From Dimorphilus gyrociliatus (Eukaryota > Animalia > Annelida), in assembly GCA_904063045.1 (NCBI GenBank), contig CAJFCJ010000001.1, positions 682,001 to 746,000 of the forward strand: DNA of 64,000 bases, read 5' to 3'. Made by a program: the position numbers and the translations under genes. Positions 13,652-27,616 of the stretch are shown in pieces (position 1 is the stretch's first letter; every line of letters starts with the position of its first letter). The notes under the pieces were generated by a model. It ran no database searches. It was not told the origin of the DNA and saw nothing but the letters and a program-made list of their open reading frames with translations.

Positions 13652-15540
13652 CTAACTATCTCCAATTTGCATTCCATCTAATTTCATGGTAATGTACGTA
13701 TCATCATGATCTTCATCGGTATAAAATTCTGCGTAAACAGGACAATGGTCACTGACAACTCCACCCCAACTCCAAACATCCGGGATTAAAGCATTCGTTA
13801 GACCGGAACGTACAACAAAAACGCTTCCTACAAAAAGAAGTACTTCATTATTCGCTGTATATTTAATGAAAGTATTGGCCACCGCCCACTCGTAAACATC
13901 CACTTACCAGTATGAATTTTTTTCGTCTGTTGCCCAATCCAAATATTATCATAGCTTCTACTGCCTTCTATATTCTTCGTACTAATATTCGTGAAAGTAT
14001 TGCCATTAACTAAAGGGGTATATCCTTTCCTTCTCAATACATCGAATTGCTTCGCTGATGACTCCAAATTAAAATCTCCTAATAATATTAAATCTTTCTC
14101 TCCAGCCAAGAAATTTTCCAATGAATGCAATAAATAAGCTGTACGCTTTGCTTCCGCTTCATTTCTATTCAAATTAATTAAAATGCAACAAACCAGAATT
14201 AGGAGATTTTCGTCAAATGTTAATGCTATGTTTACCTATTGGATCCGGAGCCATCGTGAGACACTGCTTTTAAGTGTAAAATCACCAGAACAACGTCCAG
14301 TTTATTTATCTATACAGGAAAGAAAATGATGGAAAGATGAATTAGATGTAAGTCTAAATAAGATGAGAGGAATATATGAAATATTTAGGCCTACTTGCAG
14401 AGATACAACGAAGGGTTTTCTAACAAATAATTTGACTCCGTCGTCATCGAATTCGACTAGAGATGATGCTGATATAGTAATATTCATATTTGTATCGTAG
14501 AGTACTCCCAAATATTCGTTTGATTGGTACATTCTGCCTGAGGCTTTAGAAGTAAGGCAATCCCATTTTCTAGAATTACTTTGGAACTTTTTCACATGAC
14601 TTAACGAAGGCCTATTTAGTTCGTCTCGTATTCTTTCTAATGCTGTTTTATCCGCTATTTCCTGAACACATAGAACACTTATTCCTTGCTCTAAAATGGT
14701 CATACAAACTACTTCTAAAACACCAGGATTACAAGCCTTTTCGGTTGATAATCTAGCTAAATTCCAAGTCGCAATTCTTATGCAGGGACGGTTATTATTT
14801 TCAAATGTGTAATAATTAGTAATAGTTGGACGTTTTGATTCTTTTATAAGAGGAAGAAAAAATTCTAAGAGATTATTGATAGATGAATTAGAGCCAAATT
14901 GGACGTCTTTAGATAAATTGCTATAGTTCTCAGAAGGTCTTGGTGGAATGGGAGGTTTCAAATTTTCATCCTTGACAGTAAAATGATGGCTTATTTTATT
15001 AAATAAATTCCCATCTATTCCTTCAACTTTCAATAAGTCCTCTATGCTCATAAATCGTTTAGTTTTCCTATAATTGATAATATTGCCTGCTATTTCTTCG
15101 TTAACACCAGGAATTGTTGTTAAATCTGATAAGATGGAAGTATTGAGACTATGCTTTGTTGATTTTTTACTATTTTCTAACGGTTTCTTTATACATATTT
15201 CATCTCGAAAGGAAGCGAATCGGTCTGCACCCACCCCCGATACGAGGGCGACATCTTCTATTTTCTGAAATTTACAACCTGGAAGACGTTTTCTATATTC
15301 AACTATAAAATGAGCTATTGTTCTATCGATTCCATCGAGAGTCATTAGCTGCTCTTCCGTTGCTGTATTCACATCAATACAGTGAGGAGCTGGTCGATCA
15401 CTGACGTTACTAGCTATTGATACGTTAAACGTTGCCGATAAATTTCTATTGTGACTCTTTATTGGACTTCTTTTAGGACTCTTTGGAAAAGAGTAATCAA
15501 TGTCTTTAGGTGCTTTACAGCATGACTTCAAATTTCCCAT
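13652..15540 (-). CDS. EEPD1: Endonuclease/exonuclease/phosphatase family domain-containing protein 1
   Basis: N-terminal MGNLKSCC (myristoyl/palmitoyl type), two helix-hairpin-helix regions, RIATWNL, LLGDFN, YDNIW and C-terminal WSWGGVVSDHCPVYAEFY. Three short introns. Confidence 0.92.
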
Positions 15541-15996
15541 AATTAGGTGAACGCTTCAAAATTCTTTCCAGATCACAATACAATTTGTTAAAAGTTTTAA
15601 TAATTAAGCAACTTTTTAAAAACACTATAATAAGAACATAATAATGCTATTTTTCACATTTTACTGACCGATGGCCGACTTTCTGACGAATAAACTCATC
15701 ATAATCGAACATCTTGATAAAAGATGGCCTTGACCTTATTTTACGTTTTTTTAAAAATATAACAGTTTTTAAGGATTTAACCAGCGCCACCTGCCTAAAT
15801 AACACAACCTTAATAACTCTTCACCTCGCAAAAAAAGTATAAGATAATAAATTCATTAATTTACTAATGCAGCCAGTTAAATATAGTATAAAACCTCTGC
15901 TTAATACCGTTCCAAAATTACTTAATTACAGAAGAAATACTTTGTCCAATATGTAGGCCTATGTACTCGTTACCTAGACTCCGAATATTATTCAAC

Positions 15997-17040
15997 ATGA
16001 CAGAGTGTACAGTTTGCCAAAATTGTAGTGAAAATATAAATGAATTATCTTGCCAGCATGTTTTCTGCAATGATTGTTTCGATCAATTTATAGCGGGAAG
16101 TATTGTGGAATTAAGATTCTTCCTTAGGTAATTTTTAGGCCTATATCTATAATATACAGTGTATATACATATTTAAGATTTGGTTCTTAGATGTTGCGTT
16201 TGCGGTACTAGAACAATACTTGTAAAGGAATCGAAAAATGAGTGTCCAATACTCAATTTTGGCCGAGAGGGAGTTGAAGTTTTACAAAAACCACTTTCTC
16301 TAGCGAGCAACGGAAATTGTTTAACAATATCGGACAAAGAAACAAGTAGAGTTACTGTTTGGAAAGATGGTGCCTTACTGAACAGTTTTCCCATTATTCA
16401 TCGATCGAATTTCTGCCATGGCATTAGTGTTGCAAATGATCGAATTACTGTTGCAGTCGCCGAAAACCAATTCACAGCTATATGCTCTTATACATTCTGT
16501 GGTAAATTCATGATGGCCACTTACTTATCAAGTTCTGTTTATGTAACAACGATTCAACATATACAAAATCATGAAATAATGATCGGAGATGCAGAGGGTC
16601 GACTCTACGTAATTGGTAAGTCCGGCAAGGTCAAGACGGAGAAGCAGCTAGAAAATTGCAATTATATAGGAGGATTAACAAAATTAATAACTGATGAGAT
16701 AGCTATTACAAATACTCCTAAGCATACTATACAATTCTATGATGATCAATTAGAATATCTAACAGCTACAGGAGGGTATGGACAGCGAGCCGAACAATTC
16801 AATTTTCCTACATCGATCGATTCTTGTCATAATATTATTGCTGTTGCTGATACGGGTAATAAGCGAGTACAATTGTTGGATAAACGTGGCAATTTTATTC
16901 GGTTTTTAGTTCGATATGTCGATACGGTTGATGTGTTTATGCAACCAATTGGGGTAACATTTATTCAAGAATGTATTGCTGTCATGTTAGGAGGTGTAAA
17001 CAGAACAAAGGCGGGAGAAGTACGAATATATCAGCTTTAA
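15997..17040 (+). CDS. RING-finger (C3HC4) plus NHL-repeat protein
   Basis: Exon 1 reads MTECTVC...SCQHVFCNDC and is spliced to RCCVC, completing the RING. NHL-like repeats follow (FNFPTSIDS...IAVADTGNKRVQLLDKRGNFIR). Confidence 0.78.
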
Positions 17041-17068
17041 AAAAAATTATAAATAATTGTATTCAGTT

Positions 17069-19056
17069 TCAATCAAGCTTATCCATTGCTTTCAAACGCT
17101 CCAACAGAGGAGGGTGTGAAAAATAAAAAGCAGAATAGAGACTATCAGCAATAGGAAAACCTAAATTATCTTTATGCAATTTGATCAGAGCACTTTTGAG
17201 ATATGCCGCTTGTTTCACGCTCTTAGCAAAAGCGTCTGCCTGAAATTCGAATCTCCTACTTAGAGCGGTCATCAGAAAAGAAAACACCTGTTGATATGGC
17301 AAATTATCTTATACTCAATTTTCTTTAAAAAAATATGTATGTATACCTCATTGTAAGGTGAAAAGATAAACTGTAAGATTATTATCAATCCAATAATGGT
17401 TGGCATTTCATTCATAAATCCAAATGACATGAATATTTTTTTGTTGTTATGTAGCGTGGCAAAAACGATAAACGTTAGCAAAACGTTTGCCTAGGTTAAA
17501 AAAGAATGTTAATATATACTGTATATTCCTTATACGAATTTATAATTTCATTCTAGTCTACCTGGCTTATAAAAAGATTCTTCAAGTTATGACTTAGCTT
17601 CCAGTGCCCTAGTTCGTGTGCTAAAACGGCTAAAACTTCTTCATTGTCACATCCGATGCTCTGTAAACAAAAATAGATGAGATTTCCTTCCATGTTAAAT
17701 GTAAGATTTCCTACTTTTTTCTCTTTGGTTGTTGATTCTTCGTCTTTATTGTTATCTGTTTCTCCTGTCTCTTCTTTAGCTGGTTCGTCAATTTTTTTTT
17801 CCTTCTCTTCTCTTTCATCTTTAGATACATAGTCTTTCAGAAGAGTATCAAACAGAACAATTCTTTTATTCTTAAAGAATCCATAAAAATAAGCGTTACT
17901 GTGAGTAGATCTTTTTGAGCCTAAGAAACAATTACGATATTTTTAATAATTATCTAATAATGATATATATTTTTGTACTTTACCAATATGTTTGTTTAAG
18001 GATAATTATTTTACACACCTTCGACTACAAATAATTTGTACAGCGGAAAATTAATGCTGGCTGCAAGGTCTTCAATCTTCTGTCTTAGCTCCCCTTCGGG
18101 AAGGGCAGTAAATTTGTCGAACAGAGGTGCGATGTAATCAGCATAAATAGTCACCAATAACAAAGAAATGACAAAAACGAAAACCCAAGCGTATATAAAG
18201 AAGTAATCGCCTCCAGCTTTAATTATCCAAACTAAGGCTGCTGTAATAGGAAGTATTATTACAATTGTTAGAGCAAACTTTTTTATTTGGTCTTTAGCGT
18301 AAAACCCGAGAGTCTAAAAAATAAAAATATACTTAAATATTGAAATATAAACTAAAATTAGAAACTATTTACCTGTTTGTTGAAATTATGTCTTTCCTCG
18401 ATTACAAATGTTCTATATAAATCCCACGGGATATTGATTATCATATTGAAAATCGAACAGAACAAAATAAATATCATAGACTGTTTGATCTAAAATTCAT
18501 TTTCTTATCATCATTAAAATTTCAATGTAAACTATGATTTAAATACTTCGTGAGTGGAATCAAAGCCATAACCAGCAAGTAGTTTTCCTGAGTAATACCA
18601 TACGAAAGGTAAACCTCCATACCATAAAATAACCTATTATCACATGGATTGTTCAATAATTAAAAAATTGAAAAAATAGATTGTTCAAAAAGTTACACTA
18701 TTCTCTATTTGGCTAAACAAGCCGTGATAAAATCCAAATGTAGCTTTGTCAATTTGATACAATCTAGCTTTGGAAAAAGTAGTTTGATCCATAATTTGCT
18801 CCACTTCGCGAGGCACTTTTTCGGTGCTCTTGAAGAGTTTCATCTAAAACGATAAAAGGTCATAAAAGTTGTATTATCGCTCAGAGAAATAACTCTTAAA
18901 CATATTTCTGATATAATTACTAATTTCAGAAATAAGTTTTTGAGTCGATTATACCTGACGGTGAGACAAGTAACTTTCCCATAAATATACAATCCATAGG
19001 AAAACTATTACCGACAGAAATATTGTTTGTTCAGAGAAAGGTATATCTATAGCCAT
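17069..19056 (-). CDS. ZMPSTE24: CAAX prenyl protease 1 homolog (peptidase M48)
   Basis: First exon [10 protein letters not shown]...WESYLSHRQ; HSNAYFYG; [14 protein letters not shown] at about 17598-17640; final exon [12 protein letters not shown]...SHPPLLERL. About 8 exons. Confidence 0.95.
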
Positions 19057-19964
19057 TTTCTTTTCTCAATTCTAAGATGGCGCTATCTTCTAAACTTCAC
19101 TTTCAGATATAACATAGTATACAAAGTTAATTTTTTAAATATTAATATAAACCATTTATAGAATTTTAAGTGGAGAAAATTATATAAATGAAAAGTATAA
19201 ATTATTTATTTCAATAGTGTTGTTAGAAAGATAAGAGAGAAAGAATGAGATTTATCAATGTAAGGACATTAAAAGCATAAATATTTTCTATATTTACTAA
19301 AACATTTTCTTTATAGGATTTTCATTGTTTACGTTTAAAATTTTGCTTACTGAGCTCTTTAGCATTATTTCTTTATTATATTCCATACTATATACTATAT
19401 AAAATTTAAAAAAAAATGAATACAAAAGGGCACCTGAAAAGATATTTATATTTTGTCAAATTACTTAGCTAATAAAGAGGTCATATAAAATAAGATCTTC
19501 ATTAGTAGATTATTAGATAGATTTACAGACTTATAATCTGTATATATAAGTCTAGCGATGGTAACTATAATATGTTTAATGATTTTTGTATCCTTTTCGT
19601 TCCAAACACTTTATTTCTTTCATGTTTACTTCTTCAATCAATTCCATTACTAAATCAAACTTTCTCTTTCTAGTTGCTTTATCCATCTGGAAATGTTGCA
19701 ACCAATTACCTTCGATTTTTATATATATATAAGCTGTATTTATAAACTTCATAAAAAGGAATAGCTAGCTGCTCATCTAAATATTTAAACTCTGAAAATC
19801 TACCATTTCTATTACTATTTCTTAATGATGGAAAATTTCATAATCAAGAAACAGATTATTTGATTAAATGAAGTGTTCAATATTAACTTTGGATTGTTGG
19901 AGAATACTCTGGAACTAAGCTCCAATTTCAAATTTTTTTCAAGCAAAATTGAGAACTAGTTGTT

Positions 19965-19983
19965 AGAGAGAGAGAGAGAGAGA
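19965..19983. repeat. (AG)n microsatellite
   Basis: GA run in the ZMPSTE24/ABITRAM divergent region. Confidence 0.85.
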
Positions 19984-20219
19984 AAGAGAATAATGAACGA
20001 AACAAGGAAGGAAGGAAATAGATAGAATGAGTGAAAAAGATGTTTATTAAAATTTCTCTAAAGAAAACATATTCTATTAAAATATCGAAGGAAACAAAAA
20101 GCAAAAAATCACTAAAATGTTATTTTGAATTTGTTTCTAACTTTGAAACTGTTCAAAAAGTCCTATCTTGCTTTTTGTCACGTGGTTTAATACAAATTGG
20201 TTTTGATTTTACTAGCGAC

Positions 20220-21343
20220 ATGCATTCTGATGAAAAGGATAGTAACGACTTTGATTATTCGAATATATCGACCAATATAGTATATCCAAGCGTTGCCGAA
20301 CGTTACTTTACGCCGAGATATAAAATAAGTTAGTTAAAGCATTGAATTTCGCTAAATTACTTCATTGTCACTGTATTATCGTCCATTATTATTTCAGGCG
20401 CCAATAACGAGAATGGGTCTGATCAGTGCATTCTTATTCATTCAAACAAGTAAAATAAAATAAATAGCTTAGTAATGTCCTTATTGTATGATTTTGTCTT
20501 ATAATTCTATAGACTTAGTGTGATAACATTGGCAATATCTCATTCATTATATCATGGAAAAAAAGTAATAAAGAAAATTGACTTTCAAGTGGACAAAGAA
20601 ACAAATCGATTAAGTAACAAGGTAGCCGGAAAGAAAAAGCATGTATGTTTATCCCTATTAAATATTCAGCTTTTAAATATTCCCATTTTTCAGGGCGCAC
20701 AAAACCTTAATGAAAATTCTATCCTCTGTAAGATAATTTGCGAAGATGATGAAGTTTTTACAGTATACAGCTGTATCAAGGGGATGCTTGTTGAAGTTAA
20801 TGAGAATTTGATTGAAAAGCCGCAACTCTTAATAGAGAAGGTAAAAGTTTATATGTACGATAGATAAATTCTTATGTATTTTTAAATTTCTATTTATCAT
20901 TTTCATTATTAATTTAAAATCAATTATGCTACTAAATTTGGATAGTAAGATAATATCTAATAAGGAAATACTGTATATGTTACATGTGTTAAGTTTTGAA
21001 TACTGAATGAATTTTTTATAGAAATGAAACAATTGAATACTCTACTTGTTTACCCCTAAATCCTATCAATCCAGTGTAAAACGTTTTCATACATTTTTAA
21101 GAGCTTTATATTTACAGTAGTTTATTATTTATTTCAATTGACTAGAGAGAATATAAATATAATTCAAACTCATCTACTAAAAAAAAACATCAACTAAATA
21201 ATTCATAATTTTTACAGCCAAATTCTGATGGATTTATTGCTATTGTCATGCCAAAAAAACTTCAAGATCACGATGGTAATTTAAGAAAATTGATATCTGA
21301 AAATGAATATAATGAGTATTTATTGAAGAAAGAGCAACTATAA
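20220..21343 (+). CDS. ABITRAM: Simiate/FAM206A protein
   Basis: YPSVAERYF, DQCILIHSN, SVITLA, NKVAGKKK and CIKGMLVEVNENL, then a last exon PNSDGFIAIVMPK. Four exons. Confidence 0.88.
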
Positions 21344-21476
21344 ATTTTGCCTTTAAATATTACTATAAAAATATGAAAGGAAAGACATAAATGTATATAC
21401 TCATTTTTAGCAGATATGAAAAAAAAAATGTTTGTTTTAGTGTATTCAGAAAAGTTTTTCAGGTATAATTTTGTTA

Positions 21477-23523
21477 TCAGTTAATAAAACAATCTTTTGC
21501 ATTTAACTTCTTACAAAGTTTCGAATCGCTTGTGTAGCTTTTAAAGAATATTATTAAAAAATTAAATGAATAAGTCATTTTTAATAGTATTTATCATTTT
21601 ACTCACAGATGATCAATTGTTTTGAGTCTAACCATTGTCTTATCAAAATTCTTAATTTTCATTCCTCTGATACCTCTTTATAAAAAATGCAATAAATAGA
21701 TAAATAAAGACTTGTAGACATTTATTATAAACTTACAAATGCCAGAATCTACAAGATTTAAAGTTTTTTCTCTTAAATGTGGTAAACTTATTAAATGAAA
21801 TGTCTCTAAAGATGAGAAAATAGTTTTATAATCTTTAATTTTTCAACAAAATCAATTTACAGTGAAAAATAGAATTTTTTGTAATTTTTACAAAAATCCA
21901 GAGGAAGTTCCGTCAATAAATTGTGTTTTAAACTCCTGTTTGCAGGCAAGACATTTTATTAGACTTAATAAATGAATTTTTAAATAAAGTATTTACAATT
22001 TAAATATTTCGTTTAAAGGAAAGTTGGCTCCAAAAGATGTAATTTTGTTTCTATTTAAGATTCTATTTTAGGTTTGTAAAGAAAAAAAAATTTTTTAAGA
22101 TAAATTAGAATGGATTAAGTGGAAGCAAAAAAGAATTACAAAGAGGAAAGGCCATGATTTTTTGGCAGAAAGCGCGAACCAATAGCTTTTATTTGATTAT
22201 CTTCAAGATATCTGCAATTTAAAGTGTATTAGTACAATATGTTTTCCAAGAAAGGGAAAAAAAAGAAAACTTGCAAATATTTTAGCTTCTTTCCAATGGA
22301 TAATTCGAACGAAGAATTCCACTGCAGTTTACAATGATTCATATCTCTACAATAAATACATCTAAATAAATTATTACTAAAGTACTTACTAAAAATCTTA
22401 CATCGATATTAGAGAGTTTAAAAGAAAAGCCTCTTTCGCTACGAAAGATATTAAATTACCTCGTAGAATTCTAAAAAAATCATTTCTTATTATTAAATAG
22501 CATTTTAATTGATAAGTAAAAATAATAAGGATAATACTTACAATTTTTCTACCTTACTTAAGTAATGAAAAGTATCTTTTTCAACAGCATTTATCCTATT
22601 ATCAGAAAGTAACCTTTTAAAAATACAATCCTTAATTAAATTTCTTTTTTCAAAATGATATTCAATTGATAAAGAATTTACAATTCTTTCAAATTACTCA
22701 ATCCGTGAAATGTTTCTTTGCTTATATTCTCTATATTATTCCCTTTTAAATTTCTAAATAATATAAAACATATATTCAGTATACTATATATAAACTAATA
22801 AGAGTACAAATGTTTAATTATTTCCTACAATGTCTGAAGATTTGGTAAACCAGCGAAAGCTTTTGGTTCGATATTTTCAATTCCATTGTTAGACAATCTG
22901 AAATATGTCTGATAAATTTTAAAAATAACATAAAGAATAAGCAAGTGATTTATAGTTCTTTCAAATAAATCTATTACCGTTGTCTTGGATTTGACAGAAT
23001 AAGCTGGAATTGTGGTCAATTTGTTCTTTATGATAATTCTTTTTAGAATTGAAGAAAATACAATTATATTAAAAAAAATTCCTCTAATAATTGGTTAAAT
23101 AATTAATATACTATACATTGACTTTAGTGATTCGGGCAAGTTGGGTGGAAATTCTTTCAAACCCGGTCTAAAGCATGTAAAGTATCTTCTAGAACAGGAA
23201 CAACAGCTTTTACACTCCTTGATATAGCCTTAACATAAAGAAATGATGTATAAAAATTAAATCCTTTATTGAATTTATTTCGTACCACATCGAGCCCCTT
23301 TACACACTGTCCACGTAAAACACCCTATCAAGCCTTTAATGAATGAGAAAAGGTTTTTTAAATTATAAAAAAAATTGTTAATTAATTATTAATAATCACC
23401 AAATATTATTATTGAATATTTCCGATTGTATTGCATTGTATTATAATGGAAGAATTTTTTTCACCTTTATCTTTTCACAGTTTACGTATACACAAACATT
23501 CACAGATATTTATATACAATATA

Positions 23524-23572
<49 letters not shown>

Positions 23573-23796
23573 TTCTTGTCTCTCTATCCATCTATCTTTT
23601 TAGGAAGTTATCTGGAACAATCTAGCTATCTACCCATGATTTTTATATATTAACATTAACCCTCATACATAGATATAGCAATGTTTTTCGTTTGTTAACT
23701 AAAAAAAAGAGAGAAAAAGATGAATTATTATGAAAGAAGAGCAAAAAAAAGCTTTCAGCTGCCCGCACCGGGACATGTAAATGTTAGTTTTTCCAT
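21477..23796 (-). CDS. Small LRR-only protein (LRRNT cap plus about 8 LRRs)
   Basis: LRRNT exon CKSCCSCSRRYFTCFRPGLKEFPPNLP, then roughly 60-75 nt exons each encoding about one LRR (RLSNNGIENIEPKAF; LLSDNRINAVEKDTF; YLEDNQIKAI; LDISFNKF), mostly with phase-2 introns. Stop at 21477-21479. Start exon tentative. Confidence 0.75.
23527..23568. repeat. (TC)n microsatellite
   Basis: Uninterrupted TC run in an intron of the LRR gene. Confidence 0.95.
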
Positions 23797-25401
23797 TCTT
23801 GTTTTTTTTATCTATGATTAATGTATGCATACATTCATAATTTCATCGCTTGATTTAGAGTAATAAATCATAAAATACGTTCTATAAAAACATACTCTAT
23901 ACTTAAAATATATATTCTATATAGAAACACTGTATTTTATACTTTTGTACTGCATTTATACTACGAATATACATAGATGTAAACATAACAAGAATTTTTA
24001 ATAATAGAATACAAAGCGAACCATAAATAGAAGTAAACTGTTGTTTATCTAGCTCCTAACAACTAACTTTATAATAATCATTAATTATTCTTGGATTTAG
24101 TAAAGCACATCTTCTACTAGAGAAATTATTATGTGAATAAATAGAGCTTCAAATAAGACGCTAAAGGAAGAAGAAAGAAAGACAATTTCCAAAGGAAATA
24201 GTTGAAATTTCGATAAATATAATAATTTCTTAAAACGGCCATATAAAAAAAAGTAGGAACAAATTCTCTCGTATCTTTTGCCTCTCTCTCTCTGTATCTG
24301 TCTATCTGTCACACACTGTCTCGCTCTATCATGTGTCTCACAAGACTCAGTAATTTACTATTAACGCAGGACAAAAATGTCTATTTGTTTTTGCCTCTGT
24401 GCAATGTTTCTTTCAATATTAAACGGAAATATAATGAGTTGTCTCTGGTAGATAATTAAGACGTAGGGAGAAACAGAAGAAAATCTTGAAATGTATATAA
24501 AAGATCCTCATAATTGTTTTAATAACAATTCTAGGAAATAAGAGGAACATTTTTCTTCATCGTGTAACCACTTGATTTACCTACATGTTTCAGAAATTGT
24601 TGTATTCAGGGAAGGAAAAGTAAGCCTTGCATGTCAATATGTAGCTCGATTGCAATCATTTATAACATAGAATCTAATATTATAATTCTTCTTTAGTATC
24701 TGAAAATAAAAGCTCTTGTCTCTGCTTTCGAGTAATAGTTCCTGTACTTCTTCTTTCTTTTTCCTTTCTTTATATTTGTTATTTAAAATATATATATATA
24801 TATAAAGTAAAGTATTAAGTACAGGATAAAAAATCTAGACTTTTCATATACAAGGCTTAGGAACGTCTGAAACTTTTCTTGCTTCTTATTGTGTGTCTTT
24901 TTTTTAACAATAAAAAAAGAGTTCAATAAAAAAGAATTTTGACATCTACTGACAGCTCTGAGATATCCCAGGGTTGAGGTTAAATATAATTCATCAGGGG
25001 CAAAATTAACAACTACCTAGGTTATTCTTAAGTAAATCACCTAGATTAACACTTGTTAGTTCAGTTAGAAATTTATAGAAAAGTTTAAACTTGACTTTTA
25101 TCTATAAATGATTATTTAGTTGACCTAATTAATATTCCATTTTATTTTCTATACTTGAATAAAATGTTAATACTATTAGTATAGTTTATAGGTTTTAATT
25201 CGCTTTTTTTTCTCTTTCCCATATATGGTAACGCCATCTTTTTGGTAAACTTTACAGGTGACCGAACTACGTGGACAAGAAACCAGTTTAGGTTATTAGT
25301 TGGCTAGTTGCGCGCCGTGGATTACCTGAGAAGAGGGCGAGGCTAAAACTAACCGAAATCAACGCTTTTCACCTCTAATAAATTACACTTAGTTGCAAAA
25401 G

Positions 25402-26975
25402 ATGGCTGAAGAATTTGATCAAGGAGCCTATGGAAATTATGGAAATATTATAGAAGAGTTACAGCCCCGTTTGACAGACTTAAAAGACAATGCTGAGGAC
25501 GAAAACCATACATATAACGATCAACAAGACTTGTCGCATTCTCGTGAATGGAAAGCGGAAGAGAAGGAAGAAGGTGCAAACCAAAACACAGAATATATTG
25601 AAGACGTTGACAGGCCTGTTGTAGAACTCTTTGTAAAGGTAAGATATAATTCATCATGTTCATTTAAACAGTTACGCTTGAATACATCTACCGCTTTTGA
25701 TGTTCAAAGAAAAAGGTTAATCAGTGGCTAGTCGGTTGCTTAGCAAATACCTTTGTAATGATAAGATAGCAACTTAATAAGATAAAATGTCTTAATAATG
25801 GAGTCTTATTAATAAAATTGCCAAAATTATATCTTCTATATCTGAGTAATACATGAAAGCCCGCATTGAAGTTGCCCGTACAATTGCAAATTCACTTTAA
25901 GCCTAACATCAATCAATAAATTTGATAAAAAAAATATTTACAGGCTGGCTGCGATAAGAAGAAAAATGGAAACTGTCCTATATGCCACCGATACTTTATG
26001 ATGTTTTATCTATTACGTGAAGAGGGTCAGATCGACCTGGTTGTTACAACGTTCTTACCAAGAGATCCGCCACCAGAAGTGAAAAATATTTCTTCCGGTA
26101 AACAGTATCCCATTGTCAAAGTCCATAGAGGAACAACGTTGAATGGTAGCGATATTGGAGGGGAAGTTTGCGATAATACCGACGAAATCGATGCACTAAT
26201 TGAAAAATTCGATTCTGCATTAATGCCAAGCACAACGATTCAAAAGAGGCAGATAGCAGATAAGGAACATTCCGAATTGGCAGAGCGTGAAAAGAAGGCG
26301 GAGTTGGCCTTTCAAAACTTGTACAATTCCTTTAATTTATTCCTGAAGGATAAAAAAGATAATGTTACAAAATTGCTGATAAATTTAAAAACGCTGAACG
26401 ATTTCCTAGCAAGAAATCAACGGAAATTTCTTATATTAGATACTCTAGCAAAAGCTGACTGCTATCTTTTGCCTCTGCTTCAACATATCAAAGTAGCTGG
26501 AAAAGTAAGTTATTGAAATTGGCCTATTTCCTTTTTCTAACTATATAAAATTCTATTTAAAAGACAATTTTAAATTTCCGGTGTAAAATTTAAGCTATAA
26601 AAATCCCATACACATTTTATTGACTTTGCTTATTCATAGTCCAGGTATTTATTGATCAGCTTAGTTTTACCAGCTTAACTTTAGTTATTAATGCGTTATT
26701 TTACAATTTTCTCGTTAATAGCAATTCTATTTCTTTTTTTTTATTCTCCCTTTTCCTCAAAGGCTTATAAAGATTTCGTTATACCCAACGATTTTGACGC
26801 CATCTGGAGGTATCTTACCGAAGCTTACGAGACAGAAGCTTTCAAAGAATCTTGTCCTGCCGATAGAGAAATTATTTTACTCTACTCCGAAAAGGCATCT
26901 TGTAAACCTAACGTTCCGAATAGGAGAGCTGAACTTATGGACGAAATGAGAGATTTTACTACTCCCTCCTTGTAA
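25402..26975 (+). CDS. CLIC: Chloride intracellular channel (CLIC/GST-fold) protein
   Basis: VELFVK|AG...GNCPICHRY, FLILDTLAKADCYLLPLLQHIKVAG, AIWRYLTEAYETEAFKESCPADREII. Three exons (25402-25638, 25944-26504, 26763-26975). Confidence 0.9.
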
Positions 26976-27069
26976 GAAAAAAAGAAATTAAAAAAAAAAA
27001 CATGGCTTTATGAAAATCCATATTTAAATAGGAAGCCGAAAATCATATCGATTAGTAATTATATATATA

Positions 27070-27072
<3 letters not shown>

Positions 27073-27104
<32 letters not shown>
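27073..27104. repeat. (TA)n microsatellite
   Basis: Uninterrupted TA run downstream of CLIC. Confidence 0.9.
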
Positions 27105-27109
<5 letters not shown>

Positions 27110-27616
27110 AAAAGACCTTTGAAAATTATGATTGTGATAGTACAAAAATGATATTGCTACGTTCTTGTTATGTGCTTTACCATTACAAAATGTTTTTTTT
27201 TTTTATATATTTGATTTAATTTCTCTCATCATGTTTTCTTACCCTTCCTCCCTCCCCCTCCCTCCTTCCCCCCCTACGCCATCATAGTTTTTATTTGTTA
27301 TTATTATTATCATGGCTATATTTTGAATTATTTATATACTATTATTATTTCTTTAGAGTTTCCAATCAAATATCGGACCATTTACAACAATCTATAAATA
27401 GATATATGTATTTACATATTAATGTACATATATATTCTCAGTCAGAAGTATTTAAAATGAAAGAAACCATCTTTTTGTTTTTATGCTAAGTTTCCATGTT
27501 TTTTTTTTATTTTTTTTATTTTATTTTATATTTCCTTCTTCTGCAAAGAAAAAAAAATTTATATTTATATATTACAACCGTTGCTAGCTAACAAAACAAT
27601 GAAAAACTGTTAGTCG

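Noticed and set aside
19580-19690. 36-codon minus-strand sORF MDKATRKRKF...
   Set aside because: Short, with no homology recognised and no supporting exon structure.
22909-22977. Possible AT-AC (U12) intron in the LRR gene
   Set aside because: A normal phase-0 GT-AG intron restores the LRR register, and there is no ATATCC consensus.
23412-23625. ORFs containing SLSLSL runs
   Set aside because: Artefacts of the (TC)n microsatellite.
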